A DNA stretch of 64,000 nt from Sphyrna mokarran (lineage: Eukaryota). Shown here piece by piece: positions 63,351 to 64,000 of the stretch. How positions within the stretch are numbered: the stretch's first letter is position 1; each line of letters begins with the position of its first letter. The position numbers and the translations under genes were made by a program. Where the stretch lies: positions 42,532,001 through 42,596,000 of the forward strand of contig JAGIQG010000011.1 in the NCBI GenBank assembly GCA_024679065.1. Reading direction: 5' to 3'. The notes beneath the pieces were generated by a model that ran no database searches, was not told the origin of the DNA, and was given only the letters and a program-made list of their open reading frames with translations.

Positions 63351-64000
63351 GTAGTAAGAACTCAGTAAGAATTTAGCAACACCAATTTATAATCCAACCG
63401 ATTTATTTGATAGTAAAAAAGCGAGCTTTTGACTCCTGTGTCTTCTTCAGGCAAATGTAGTGTTCTGGTCTGCAATAGCACACATCAGCACAGACAGTCA
63501 GAGATTGCTGATTAGAATGCGAATCCTTACATCTAACCTGCTATTCAAGTGTTAAAGTGGCTAACAATGTGTGTGAAGGGAATCCTGAGCATTGGTTAGA
63601 GAATTGTGTATTTTCTCCAGACAGCACAGTAAGTGAGGTTTTTTGCTAACCCAGGCAAGTTACGGGGGTTACAGATAGTGTGTCATGAAGCCAAGATCCC
63701 TGTTAAGACCGTCCTCATGTGTGCGGAGCTTGGCTATCAGTCTCTGTTCAGCGACTCTGCGCTGTCGTGTATCACGAAAGCCCCCTTGAAGAACATTTAC
63801 CCGCAGGTCGGAGGCCGAATGCCCATGACTGCTGAAGTGTTCGCCCACAGGAAGGGAACTGTTTTGCCTGGTGATTGTTGAGCGATGCTCATTCATCCGC
63901 TGTCGTAGTGTCTGCATGGTCTCCCCAATATACCATGCTTCGGGACATCCTTTCTTGCAACGTATTAGGTAGACAACGTTGGCCGAGTTGCAAGAGTATG
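63351..64000 (-). mobile_element. PLE of the same family as 4138-8727 (pLTR + GIY-YIG), running off the window end
   Basis: High identity to 4165-4812. Open EN frame MQTLRQRMNEHRS...FMTHYL. Decayed HHR at 63421-63456. Confidence 0.92.

Noticed and set aside
1-64000. CRISPR arrays, operons or other prokaryotic systems
   Set aside because: The sequence is eukaryotic intronic/intergenic DNA with no regularly spaced repeat-spacer array.
60354-64000. CHN1 exon 4 (VENRPKYYGRE-like)
   Set aside because: Not found by eye. It probably lies beyond the window end.

Overview
AT-rich, repeat-dense vertebrate genomic DNA, very likely a shark or other elasmobranch (HE1-type tRNA SINEs, SacSINE1/Deu-domain SINEs, CR1, Rex1, Harbinger and Gypsy remnants). 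The host gene is chimaerin-1 (CHN1, alpha2 isoform) on the + strand: a CpG-richer promoter region at ~25.2-26.2 kb and coding exons 1-3 (26094-26112, 57714-57752, 60298-60353) that splice to [38 protein letters not shown]. The main mobile feature is a young, near-complete Neptune-type Penelope-like retroelement (PLE; RT + GIY-YIG) at 4138-8727. It has tandem pseudo-LTRs (pLTRs), a ~1.2-kb inverted 3' arm and a 13-bp target-site duplication. Each pLTR carries a minimal type I hammerhead ribozyme (HHR) followed by AATAAA and a candidate 3' splice site just before the ATG. About 15 intact or decayed HHR motifs from several PLE families occur in the window, many as back-to-back pairs in small non-coding palindromic elements (e.g. 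17959-18255). A few candidate exons of an unidentified + strand gene lie upstream of CHN1. HHRs in PLEs are already known, so the possible novelty is in the details listed under findings. Repeat boundaries were read by eye and are approximate unless a junction is stated.
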